Positions 49,029 to 58,696 of a DNA stretch of 64,000 bases are shown here, piece by piece. This DNA comes from Promethearchaeota archaeon (lineage in GTDB: Archaea > Asgardarchaeota > Lokiarchaeia > Sigyniarchaeales > SOKP01): assembly GCA_016839555.1 (NCBI GenBank), contig JAEOUA010000010.1:352001-416000 (forward strand). The letters run 5' to 3'. How positions within the stretch are numbered: the first letter of the stretch is position 1; every line of letters starts with the position of its first letter. The position numbers and the translations under genes are program-made. The notes beneath the pieces are model-generated. The model was not told the origin of the DNA. It ran no database searches and saw only the letters and a program-made list of their open reading frames with translations.

Positions 49029-49955
49029 ATGTCCTTTTCCAACAAGTCCACGATTCTTTTTGACTTGGCACACAACGAAATGCTCTCGCCTTCAAACTCC
49101 TCTGATAATGAGTATTATGATTTCATTAAATTACTGGAAAATTTAAATTTAGACTTAATTAAGAACGATAATTCCGAGTTAAATGAAGAATTATTACAAA
49201 ATGTAGATGTTCTCATTATAGGAAACCCATTAAATGATTTCTTCTCAAAAACGGAGATAGAAACGATTATTGATTTTATACGACAAGGAGGTGCTCTTTT
49301 GCTCATCAGTGAATATGGTGCGGATTACCTACAAAAAACAAATCTTAATGATATTTCAGCTAAGTATTTTGATATTCTCTTTGAAAAAAACATAATTAAG
49401 GAAAAAAACGACATTAATGAAAAAGGCTCCAGTATTCTTTCGATTCAGTCATTTCCAAAGCATATGATAACTATTCAAATGAGAGAAGTTATTGTTGGAG
49501 GAGCTTGTTCATTATTATTAAATAAAAATGCGTTTTCACTATTGGAATTAGATGAAAAAGCTTGGTCTGAAAAATATAATGAATCAAGAGATGAATGGGC
49601 CCGAGAAGAAAAGAAAAATAGATATGTTGTTGCTGCGTGTAACGAATTTGGGAGGGGAAAAGTTGCAGCAATAGGAGATATTGATATTTTCTCGAATGAC
49701 CCCAATTTTGGAATTAATAAATTAGATAATAGAAAATTCATTACAAACTTATTTAATTGGTTAACAAAACCAATTGAGGATAAAGATGCAATCCATTGGG
49801 CATTAAAAAAAATAGGGAACTTAGAATTTCAATTAAAAAACACTCATGATAAAATTAATAATATCATTGAGACCCTCTCTTTTTTAGAAAAACGTATCTC
49901 TCGAATTGAGAGCAATATAGCTCTTATTAGAAAAGACGAAAATATTCGCTTATAG
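49029..49955 (+). CDS. GIFT/DUF4350-like (class I glutamine amidotransferase-like fold) protein with C-terminal coiled coil
   Basis: ILFDLAHNE, VDVLIIGNP...FSKTEIETIIDFIRQGGALLL, TNLN, GRGKVAAIGD.DIFSN, DNRKFITNLFNWL. No signal peptide. Confidence 0.75.
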   Translation: MSFSNKSTILFDLAHNEMLSPSNSSDNEYYDFIKLLENLNLDLIKNDNSELNEELLQNVDVLIIGNPLNDFFSKTEIETIIDFIRQGGALLLISEYGADYLQKTNLNDISAKYFDILFEKNIIKEKNDINEKGSSILSIQSFPKHMITIQMREVIVGGACSLLLNKNAFSLLELDEKAWSEKYNESRDEWAREEKKNRYVVAACNEFGRGKVAAIGDIDIFSNDPNFGINKLDNRKFITNLFNWLTKPIEDKDAIHWALKKIGNLEFQLKNTHDKINNIIETLSFLEKRISRIESNIALIRKDENIRL

Positions 49956-50008
49956 AGATTTAAAAAATCGATTTGTTAATAATTTAAAATAAAATAATAC
50001 TTTCAAAC

Positions 50009-51223
50009 TCAATCTTCTTTTTCTATTTCGATTGGGATAAGATGATACTTTCTATTTCCAAGCTTCATATCCTCCGCTGCTTTTAGTTGCAGCTCCCAAT
50101 GATTTGATTTGACCCCCTCAATATTTAAGTTTAATTCATTTTTATCAAACCGTGGGATATAGGAAAACCAATCATCCTTTTCATTCAATGACAATCCTTT
50201 TATTTCTGTTAATATAGAATAAGGATTCATTAAAGAATCATGAACTAAATCAACACACGCTTGATCCAGAGCTACCGGATCATTAGAAGACAGAATGCCA
50301 ATATCATTTACAAAAGGAACATCAGAGCCTCCAGAGCAATCGCATTTCCATGTTATGTCAATAGCATAATTAATATATGAAATATTATCATTTCCATAAT
50401 AATCTACCACTCCTTTCGCATTATCTACCATCTGATAAATAAATTGCTCCCTTGGAACTGTTCCAATGTCGATAGCTCCTTCTGCATCACAAACAGAATT
50501 ACACATGTAACAATAACGGCATTTTTCCTCTAAAAATTCTAATTGATTATTCTTATCTCGAGTTAAAGCTCCAGTGGGACAAATTTCAATACATTTATTA
50601 CATTCTGGAGAACACTTTTCAAAATTAAATTTGAATGTTTTTCCGGTATGAGCTTCCGTTTTTCCTCCTTTAGAAACGCACCCAATTCCTAAGTTTTTAA
50701 TGGCACCACCGAAGCTCGCACTTGAATGCCCTTTAAAATGCGATGCCAAGATCATATGATCATATTCCTTCAATCTGCCTGCCACACGTACTTCCTCAAA
50801 GTATTTTCCATTTATTTTTTGGTTTATGTAATTAAGACCTTCAGGACCATCTAGCATAAGAAGGGGAGCTCCCATAGTTGTTTGAGTAAATCCATGCCTT
50901 AAGGCAACTTCTAGATATTCTTTCTCATTTGCACGCCCTCCATATTCTCCTTTTGCCCCGGGAACGCCCCAGCCGCAAGATTCAGCCACACTCGGATATG
51001 CTCCTAGACTTTTAATATAATCGCATAAAAATCTTATATAACTGGGGCGTAAATATCTGGTATTTTCAAGTGCCCCAAAATGAGTCTTTATAACAACTTT
51101 ATTATTTGGTTTTATTTTGTTTTCAAACCCAATTTTTTGCAACGCAAGAGGTCCTTTAAAGCGAGCCATACTTCCTTTTTTGCCGTATGTTCTCGCAGAA
51201 AGATAATATACATCTGATTTCAT
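50009..51223 (-). CDS. DUF362 family Fe-S protein
   Basis: IKTHFG, SHFKGH...FGGAIKNLGIGC, ferredoxin motifs, CDC, DIGILSSNDPVALDQAC. Confidence 0.9.
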   Translation of the reverse strand: MKSDVYYLSARTYGKKGSMARFKGPLALQKIGFENKIKPNNKVVIKTHFGALENTRYLRPSYIRFLCDYIKSLGAYPSVAESCGWGVPGAKGEYGGRANEKEYLEVALRHGFTQTTMGAPLLMLDGPEGLNYINQKINGKYFEEVRVAGRLKEYDHMILASHFKGHSSASFGGAIKNLGIGCVSKGGKTEAHTGKTFKFNFEKCSPECNKCIEICPTGALTRDKNNQLEFLEEKCRYCYMCNSVCDAEGAIDIGTVPREQFIYQMVDNAKGVVDYYGNDNISYINYAIDITWKCDCSGGSDVPFVNDIGILSSNDPVALDQACVDLVHDSLMNPYSILTEIKGLSLNEKDDWFSYIPRFDKNELNLNIEGVKSNHWELQLKAAEDMKLGNRKYHLIPIEIEKED

Positions 51224-51371
51224 AACTGCTTAAATCAATCCTTTAGCTTAAGTTAATCACATCTAGAAATTTTATACTCAAAATAAATTTTGTATTTATT
51301 AATTATACAAAAATTATTTTAGTTTTGCTTAATTCTCTTTCATGAAAGGATATTTGAAAGGATGATTATAA

Positions 51372-51602
51372 TTGGCCCGATGTCCCGAATGTGCTGGAAA
51401 AATGACTTATAATCCCGGCACAAAAAGCATGGTATGTAATTCTTGTGGATTATCTTTAAAGAGACATGAATTAGATAGTTATTGGAAAAAAATAAAAGAA
51501 GAAAATATTAAAGATCTAGACCAATCTGAGCAGAAAAAGCAGCGTAGGAAAGAATGGCTTGAGTGGTACTCCAAATCAAAAGAAGAAAAGGAGAGATATT
51601 AA
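51372..51602 (+). CDS. small zinc-ribbon protein
   Basis: CPEC...CNSC followed by a charged helix; TTG start. Confidence 0.75.
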   Translation: MARCPECAGKMTYNPGTKSMVCNSCGLSLKRHELDSYWKKIKEENIKDLDQSEQKKQRRKEWLEWYSKSKEEKERY

Positions 51603-51743
51603 GCAAGAATTATAATGAAATAATAGAAAATTAAAGAAGAGATCATTCTAATTTAATTTACTTTTTGAACATAAATATATTTACTTAATTTTATTTTTTT
51701 TAATTGCGTTTGAAATTAATATATATTTTAATATTTATGGATA

Positions 51744-52514
51744 ATGAAAGCTCTCAAATTTAAGGTCCTTTTGTTGGGCGTTTCAATGGTCGGAAAGACC
51801 TCTTTAATGTATAGATTTTTAAATAATACTTTCAATGAGAACTATATTGCAACCCTTGGAGCGCAGTTTTTATCAAAAGAAATAATAATCTGTTCAGAAG
51901 AAGGTGAAGAAATTTGTATAAAATTAATTATTTGGGATATAATCGGACAATCAAATCCATATTTTGATGATTTAAGGACCACATTTTATAGAGGAGCAGA
52001 AGGAGCCTTTCTCATTTTTGATCTTACCAGGGAGGAAACCCTCGAAAAATTAAACTCATGGCATAAACAACTCAATTCTGTTTTAAATAAGAAGATACCC
52101 CTTATTTTGATTGGAAATAAACTAGATTTGATCGAGAATAAATTACCTTTCCCAATTCAAAAAAAAGCTGAAAATTTCGCCAATAACATAAAAAGCATGT
52201 ATATTAAAACATCTGCTAAAACTGGAAAAAATATAAATGATGCATTTTTGAAATTAGCATATATATTAGCCAGAAAAGCAGGATATGAGTTTGAAGATAA
52301 AAAAGTAATAAACCGAATTTCTGATAAGGAGAGTGAAAATGAATTATTTATTAAAAGCAGAGTGCAAGAGTATATTCAATCAAAAGGATATAGAGTTAGT
52401 GACTCATTGCTTAATGGTTTAGTTTTAAACAAACGAATCACAGAAATTCTCGACAAAGCTATAATAAGAGCAAAACATAATGGAAGAAAAACCGTAAAAT
52501 TAATAGATATATAG
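51744..52514 (+). CDS. Rab-like small GTPase fused to C-terminal histone-fold domain
   Basis: GVSMVGKT, YIATLG, WDIIGQ, FYRGA, NKLD, TSAK. The last 57 aa (52341-52511) read LFIKSRVQEYIQSKGYRVS...ILDKAIIRAKHNGRKTVKLIDI, with the histone A-x-H-x-G-RKTV-x3-D signature. Confidence 0.88.
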   Translation: MKALKFKVLLLGVSMVGKTSLMYRFLNNTFNENYIATLGAQFLSKEIIICSEEGEEICIKLIIWDIIGQSNPYFDDLRTTFYRGAEGAFLIFDLTREETLEKLNSWHKQLNSVLNKKIPLILIGNKLDLIENKLPFPIQKKAENFANNIKSMYIKTSAKTGKNINDAFLKLAYILARKAGYEFEDKKVINRISDKESENELFIKSRVQEYIQSKGYRVSDSLLNGLVLNKRITEILDKAIIRAKHNGRKTVKLIDI

Positions 52515-52568
52515 TAATTTTCATTTTGATTTTCTAAACTTTATCTGAATTGTCAAAAGAAGTAAAGA

Positions 52569-53759
52569 TTACTTAAATTTTATGAAAAAAAGATTGCCTA
52601 ATAGTTCAATAAGTTTTCCGGAGGGAATGTCGAGTAAAGTAATTTCTAAACGCCTCCCTCTTTTATCTTCACTGATTCTTACCGTTTTAGAAGCGATAAT
52701 TTTTAACTTATTTAATTGTCGTATATATTTGCGAAAACTCATTTTAACGTGAGGTGTAACATCATATGCTTCACATATAGCTTGATATTCCTTGTATGAA
52801 TCATCAACAATAGTATATGACTCATCAGTTATTTTTAATGACTGGCATATCCCATAAAGAGCCAATAATTCATGATCACTTAATTTATCTATAATGTCAT
52901 CCCGGAAAGTAGGATATACTTCGTTTGATGCTTCACGCACCATTTCGGCGGTAATATTATCAAAACTTTCTTTATCCGCATATAATCCACATTTTCTTAG
53001 AATTTCTATCCCGTGCCTCATGTTTCCATGTTCTACGACAATTTGGCTTATCATCTCCAAGATATTATCAGAAACCACTCCTTCTTTAAATGCGATATCG
53101 CTTCTATATTTAAGAATTTTCAGAGATTCTTCATAATTATATGGGGCTAACTTAATTTTTGAATTCAAGCGACTTAATATTCGTTCTGTTTCGATTCGAA
53201 TCCAATCTTTTGTCCTAGCAACAAGCAGGATTGATAATTTAGCATTTTGATGTCCAAAGGACTCTGAGATATCTAATAATGCCCAAACATCCTTTGGGTC
53301 GAGCAGATGGATCTCATCAATAATTAATAATATATATCCTTTTTCCCGAATTAGTTGGGAAAGAATTAATTTAATTGCTTCATCATCCGAATATCCGCGT
53401 CCAGAACCGTGGGTATATTTGGATAATAATTCCCTTAAAATCATACTTTTAGTGCGAAAATTAATGCAATTAAAGTATTCTATAAATAGATCAATACCCT
53501 CTTCTATAGCAATTTTTTTAAAATTTCTCCCAAAAAATCTGGCTGTCACTGTCTTTCCAACACCTCCTTTACCCGTAAGCAATGTGGTAATAGAAGGTTG
53601 TTGACTTTCATCTATGATTCTTCTAAAAGTATGAATTAATTCTCTAAGTTCATCATCACGGCAGTATAATTTATCTGGAACATAGCTTAAATCCAAAGAA
53701 CTTGCTTGGCGAAACACTGATTTTTTATTAAATTCTGCTCTAAATGCTTCTTCATCCAT
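52569..53759 (-). CDS. cdc6: Orc1/Cdc6 family replication initiator
   Basis: YVPDKLYCRDDE, Walker A GKGGVGKT, YFNC, Walker B IIDEIH, RILSRL, GNMRHGI, C-terminal wH domain with RGR. Confidence 0.93.
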   Translation of the reverse strand: MDEEAFRAEFNKKSVFRQASSLDLSYVPDKLYCRDDELRELIHTFRRIIDESQQPSITTLLTGKGGVGKTVTARFFGRNFKKIAIEEGIDLFIEYFNCINFRTKSMILRELLSKYTHGSGRGYSDDEAIKLILSQLIREKGYILLIIDEIHLLDPKDVWALLDISESFGHQNAKLSILLVARTKDWIRIETERILSRLNSKIKLAPYNYEESLKILKYRSDIAFKEGVVSDNILEMISQIVVEHGNMRHGIEILRKCGLYADKESFDNITAEMVREASNEVYPTFRDDIIDKLSDHELLALYGICQSLKITDESYTIVDDSYKEYQAICEAYDVTPHVKMSFRKYIRQLNKLKIIASKTVRISEDKRGRRLEITLLDIPSGKLIELLGNLFFIKFK

Positions 53760-54007
53760 CTTTAATAAATTTTCACTACTATTCTAGTTTCTTTCAAGTA
53801 TTTAATAATATAATATTTGAGAGGTAATTTTTCTTATGATATAATATGTTAATATAATATTAATTAATGATCTCTTTAGAATTCTAGAGGTTTCTCAATA
53901 TTTTTTATAATTAATATAATGCTATTTGAAAATAGAAAAATAGAATTATTAAATTCTTTTATGATTAATTAAATTGAAATAATTAATAAAAAGATTAAAA
54001 CTTAAAA

Positions 54008-54940
54008 CTAAAGATCTTCTAATTCTGAATTAGAAAGCGGATGCATTTTAGTATAACTCTGTTTAAGAGTAGTGATATCGTTTTTTGCATAGATTCTTGT
54101 CGTATTCGGACTTGAATGACCCAAAATATCTTGGAGTTCGCTAATATCCATTCCTGATCTCCTCAAATGAGTGGCACCTGTATGTCGAAATACATGAGGA
54201 GTGATTACCTTAGATTCTGCAAATCCACATTTCTCTTTAATGATTTGTATATCATTTTGAATAACTCGAGGACTTAATTGCTCATTTCGGGTATTTACCA
54301 ATAAATAGTCATCAGAATTATACTTAATTTTATTTTTTATATGTTCTTCAATTAAAGATAATGTTTTTTCATCAACAGGAACGATTCTTTCTTTATTTCC
54401 TTTGCCTCTTAAACGAATATACCCTTTCTCGAAATTAATATCTCTTATTCTAATATTACATAATTCACTGACTCTTGCCATTGTTGAGTAGAGCAATCTT
54501 ACCATTAGATAATATCTTTTGCTTTTTTTAGAATTAAAGGTAGTTCTCTCTTTTAAATTCATAAAAATTTTTTGTATATCTTTTAAATCCAAAAATTTCG
54601 GGAGACTTTCTTCTGCCCTGATTTTAGGGCTTCTAATTTTATTCATTGGGTTTTTAGAAAGAAATTCATTCAAAGTAAGAAACTTAAAATAAGATCTAAG
54701 ACATGCAATTTTTCGACTGATTGATTTTTTAGTATATCCTTTATCTTTTAATGCTTTTAAAAATAAGCGTATTTTTTGCCGCATTAATTTATGATCAATT
54801 TCGATGTCTCCAATAATTTTCATAAATTTTTCCAAATCGTATCTATAAGCTCTAATTGTTGACGGCTGGCAACCCTCCTCCACTTCCTTAGCAATTAAGA
54901 AGTCTTGAATAAAATCTGAAATTTTGTAATCATTTTCCAT
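54008..54940 (-). CDS. xerA: XerA/XerC-like tyrosine recombinase
   Basis: SAM-like N-domain (TIRAYRYDL), LPKFL, and an intact catalytic set: R (ARVSE), K (GKGNKER), HVFRH, LGH, Y (TTRIY). Confidence 0.88.
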   Translation of the reverse strand: MENDYKISDFIQDFLIAKEVEEGCQPSTIRAYRYDLEKFMKIIGDIEIDHKLMRQKIRLFLKALKDKGYTKKSISRKIACLRSYFKFLTLNEFLSKNPMNKIRSPKIRAEESLPKFLDLKDIQKIFMNLKERTTFNSKKSKRYYLMVRLLYSTMARVSELCNIRIRDINFEKGYIRLRGKGNKERIVPVDEKTLSLIEEHIKNKIKYNSDDYLLVNTRNEQLSPRVIQNDIQIIKEKCGFAESKVITPHVFRHTGATHLRRSGMDISELQDILGHSSPNTTRIYAKNDITTLKQSYTKMHPLSNSELEDL

Positions 54941-55041
54941 ATTAAATAATGTAATATGGAGATATTACTAAAGATCGTATAATATTTAGGTGATATGGTA
55001 AAAGTTACTAAATAAGTAATCTGAAATAAAAAGTTCATGAA

Positions 55042-55980
55042 TTAATCTTTTTCCATTTGGCGAATATACTTAGCAGCATTTATTCCCGCCCGAGCCCCTT
55101 CCGCAGCAGCAAATACAACTTGAAAAAGTCCCCCCGTCACATCTCCAGCGGCATAAACTCCTTTTAAATTTGTTCTTTGATTATCATCTACCCTAATGTT
55201 TCCTAGTTCATCAAGCTCAACTCCCGCTTTTTTGAAAACTGAATTTGAAGGAACATAAGAAAGGATAAATAACCCATCTAGCTCAATTTCTTTAATCTCA
55301 TTAGTATTTTTTGATCTACAATAAATTTTTTGTAATAAACCTCCGGAATTGGACTCAACCTTGGTTATTTCCATATTATCGATTATAGGAATATTCTTAG
55401 TTTTTACTTCTTCAACTTTACTTGGTAATTGATTTATGGATTTTTTTGTAATTATATTAACATGACATCCCATTTGATCAAGTGCTAATGCATCTTCAAA
55501 AACTTCCTCATCATCTCCATACAGAAAGACTTTTTTATCCTTATAGAGTGGACCATCACAAAGAGCACAATAAGATACTCCATATCCTATTAATTGTGAT
55601 TCTCCTTCAATCAATTCTTTTCTTAATCCTCTTCCGGTACAAATAATAACGGCTTCAGCAGTAATATTTGCAGATCTTGTGGAAATCATATTCTTCCCCA
55701 TCCCTAGCATTAGAGAAATAGCATCTCCTTTAATAATTCGCACATTAGTATTGTTTCTTGCATGGTCTTTGAACTTCTTGAGTAATTCTGTTCCTTCTAT
55801 ATTTTTTTCTCCGAGCCAATTTTGAATTTCTTTGGTCATTTCCAATGCACCTATTTCCTTTCCTTCTAAGACTATTGTATCCCTTTCTGCCCTTCCACAA
55901 TAGATAGCAGCATTTAACCCTGCTGGTCCTGCACCAATAATGCATATGTCACATGTATATTCTTTTAAATATTCTGACAT
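55042..55980 (-). CDS. trxB: thioredoxin reductase-like flavoprotein with degenerate NAD(P)H site
   Basis: GAGPAG, GVSYCALCDG, YAAGDVTG. The second Rossmann loop reads YGDDEE. Confidence 0.85.
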   Translation of the reverse strand: MSEYLKEYTCDICIIGAGPAGLNAAIYCGRAERDTIVLEGKEIGALEMTKEIQNWLGEKNIEGTELLKKFKDHARNNTNVRIIKGDAISLMLGMGKNMISTRSANITAEAVIICTGRGLRKELIEGESQLIGYGVSYCALCDGPLYKDKKVFLYGDDEEVFEDALALDQMGCHVNIITKKSINQLPSKVEEVKTKNIPIIDNMEITKVESNSGGLLQKIYCRSKNTNEIKEIELDGLFILSYVPSNSVFKKAGVELDELGNIRVDDNQRTNLKGVYAAGDVTGGLFQVVFAAAEGARAGINAAKYIRQMEKD

Positions 55981-56446
55981 GATGACTTAATAATCCTTTA
56001 GTTTTATATTGTATATATTGGATAGGTTTTTTTTGAAATTAATTTTTATTCTTTAAAATAATTTCTCCTAAATCTATGGTTATCTTCTTAATTTTAAATT
56101 CCAAATTTATGATATAATGTGCTGATAATATGTAGATGTATATAAAATTTCGCAGAACCTCCCTTTCACGAATATATTATTAGTAAAAAATATTTCAGCT
56201 TTATTTATTGAAAAATTTAATTTCATTAACATTAATTATTTTTATAATACTATATATCAATTATTTTAACCAAAATAATTGAGAAATCAAAGAAAAAGAA
56301 AAGATAATAATAACATTTCCTTTTTTAATATAATAGAGAATAAATATTAGAATTTTAACAATCTCTTTTCATAAAATATAATTTCACCTTTTTATATAAA
56401 ATCTATTTAAGCACTAAAATAAACCTAAAAAGGAAAATAAATAGAA

Positions 56447-56605
56447 ATGGATAAAAAAGAAGAGGAAGAAAAGAAAGAAGCTAAAAAAAATGATGAATCT
56501 GATTATTTGGATAAAATATGGGAAAATTGGTCTTCAAGACGACAATGCGAAAAAACTCACGTTCCAAAATTCATAAAAAAAAAGCAAGATAATTCACGTA
56601 ATTAA
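56447..56605 (+). CDS. putative 52-aa charged microprotein
   Basis: Below the track cutoff: MDKKEEEEKKEAKKNDESDYLDKIWENWSSRRQCEKTHVPKFIKKKQDNSRN. Purine-rich, coding-like bias; TATATAAA about 50 nt upstream. Confidence 0.5.
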   Translation: MDKKEEEEKKEAKKNDESDYLDKIWENWSSRRQCEKTHVPKFIKKKQDNSRN

Positions 56606-56693
56606 GGTGAAGTTCCTCTTAATATATTTAATATAAATAAATGAAATCCATTGAAAAAATAAAAGAAAATAAAAAAATTAAATTAAACTTATA

Positions 56694-57431
56694 TTAGCTA
56701 ATTCTGTTTTTTAATTCTGAAAAGTATAATCCCACATCAAGTATTACTACTAATCCTAAACTTGTTAAAATAGATGTCCATTCAATAATAGCGGAAGAAT
56801 TGCCAGTAAAAACAACTAATATATCGAAAATAATGATTATCCATGAATATATTGAAATCAATCGATTCAAATTTAATTGCCAAGCCCAATAACCCGCTAA
56901 AACTTTAATTATAAGTAAAATTATGAAGAATATCATAGTCGCATAATGATGGACCGGATAACTTAACTCCGCATCAATGAGAATCAGAAAAATTCCATCT
57001 TCCGAGAAAACACCAATCAAGATTAATAATACTCCTCCAATAAAGCCTAATAACATTATTATATAGGTTATGATTGTGAAGATTTTATCTCCTTTTTCTT
57101 TATATTGTAAGAATCCCGTAAAAAACAAAAATATGGAAATCCCTGCTAAAATGCAACCAAGGTTGTACCATATAGCGCCTGGATTCGAGATTGAAGGAAT
57201 AAAGAGTTCTGTATATAATTTAAATTCTCCTTCTACTATTCTCCAAACTGGATCGCCATCTGCTGGGACTTCATATCTTCCAAGATCTGATAACCAATGA
57301 TCTAAAGGCGACGCAGGATTTGGAAAAAAACCCCATCCAAGGATTAAAAAGACAATATAAAAAACTATTGTGAGTATTCCCCCTAAATACATCAGATTTT
57401 TTAAATTAAGTATTTTTTTATATTCATTCAT
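56694..57431 (-). CDS. DUF998-like membrane protein
   Basis: HWLSDLG, YNLG, IGVFSED, HHY, IEW; about 6 TM. Confidence 0.75.
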   Translation of the reverse strand: MNEYKKILNLKNLMYLGGILTIVFYIVFLILGWGFFPNPASPLDHWLSDLGRYEVPADGDPVWRIVEGEFKLYTELFIPSISNPGAIWYNLGCILAGISIFLFFTGFLQYKEKGDKIFTIITYIIMLLGFIGGVLLILIGVFSEDGIFLILIDAELSYPVHHYATMIFFIILLIIKVLAGYWAWQLNLNRLISIYSWIIIIFDILVVFTGNSSAIIEWTSILTSLGLVVILDVGLYFSELKNRIS

Positions 57432-57740
57432 AACAATACTTTTAGAGTGTAATTTATTGAAATAAAATTAATTATTTTTTAATTTAAATTTAAAAAAATA
57501 TTAGATGATTTAATTTAATATTATTTATATCTATTTCTTTCATTGAAAACTTAATAACACAATAATATGAAATTTTTTTTAAGCAAGAAAATTATTAATT
57601 GAAAAATCATGAGATTAATCTAATTTTTTAATGAAAACGAGAATTTAAATGACCTTAGAGCTTAAATATAAACAAATTTTTTGATATTTAGTTAATATAA
57701 TATAAAATATAAACTAATAAATTAAAAATGGAGTTATGAT

Positions 57741-58607
57741 ATGAATTCAAATTTTTTAGAAGATAAAGTAGCACTTATAACTGGAGCAGGAAGTCCTAAT
57801 GGGATGGGTCAGGCAATAGCATTACAACTTGCTGAACATGGAGCAAACATAGTGGTTTCTGATATTGAAAAAGGAACACCCGATCCATTCCAAAAAAATT
57901 ATGGATATGAATTTGGTGCATATAAAGGTCTTGATTTAGCCGTTTCAAAAATCGAAGATTTGGGAAGGAAAGCATTAGCAATTAGAGCTGATGTTAGAAA
58001 TTCAAAAGATGTTAAGTCGCTGATCAAATCCACAAGAAAAGAATTTGGAAGGATAGATATTTTAGTGAATGTTGCGGGGGGAGCATGGGGAACAGCATTA
58101 ATTAAAGACTATGAAGAAAGTGAATTTATAAAAACATTCGATGTGAATATGTTTGGTACCTTCAGAGTTTGCAAATATGCATTGCCCTATCTAATTAGAA
58201 AAAAAGGAGTCATTATTAATTTTTCTTCTGGTGCCGCAAAACGAACCAATATGTTTTATTCAGCATATGCTGCTTCAAAGGCAGCTATAATCTCATTTAC
58301 TGAAACCTTAGCTATTGAATACGGCCCTAGAGGGTTACGGACATTTGCCTTACTTCCAGGAATGATTGAAACTGACTTATCAAAATTCGAAATAGCAGCA
58401 ACTTCTGATATTTTAAATATGCCTATTGAAGAAGTAATAAGACATTATAAAGAGGCAACTCCACTCGGTATATTTGGAAAACCGATTGATGTGGCAAACC
58501 TTGTAACTTTTCTATGTTCTGATAACGCATCATTTCTAACGGGTCTTTCAATTCCTGTTACAGGAGGATTAGATATAGCAAATCCTGTTTCTGAAATAAA
58601 ATTATAA
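57741..58607 (+). CDS. short-chain dehydrogenase/reductase
   Basis: ITGAGSPNGMG, LVNVAG, FSS, YAASK, PGMIET, VTGG. Confidence 0.93.
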   Translation: MNSNFLEDKVALITGAGSPNGMGQAIALQLAEHGANIVVSDIEKGTPDPFQKNYGYEFGAYKGLDLAVSKIEDLGRKALAIRADVRNSKDVKSLIKSTRKEFGRIDILVNVAGGAWGTALIKDYEESEFIKTFDVNMFGTFRVCKYALPYLIRKKGVIINFSSGAAKRTNMFYSAYAASKAAIISFTETLAIEYGPRGLRTFALLPGMIETDLSKFEIAATSDILNMPIEEVIRHYKEATPLGIFGKPIDVANLVTFLCSDNASFLTGLSIPVTGGLDIANPVSEIKL

Positions 58608-58696
58608 ATAAAATAGAGTATCAATGAAATAATCTTTCTTTTTTTTAGTTTACTATTTCAATAAACAATAAAAATAAAAAAAAAATAAAATAAAAT

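Noticed and set aside
53760-54007. ORB-containing replication origin upstream of cdc6
   Set aside because: No TTCCAGTGGAAAC-like or G-string repeats. Only two short ATTCTAG words are present, which is not enough to call an origin.
54008-54940. Integrase of a provirus or genomic island
   Set aside because: Flanked by housekeeping genes, with no tRNA/att repeats, phage genes or compositional shift. The sequence fits chromosomal XerA.
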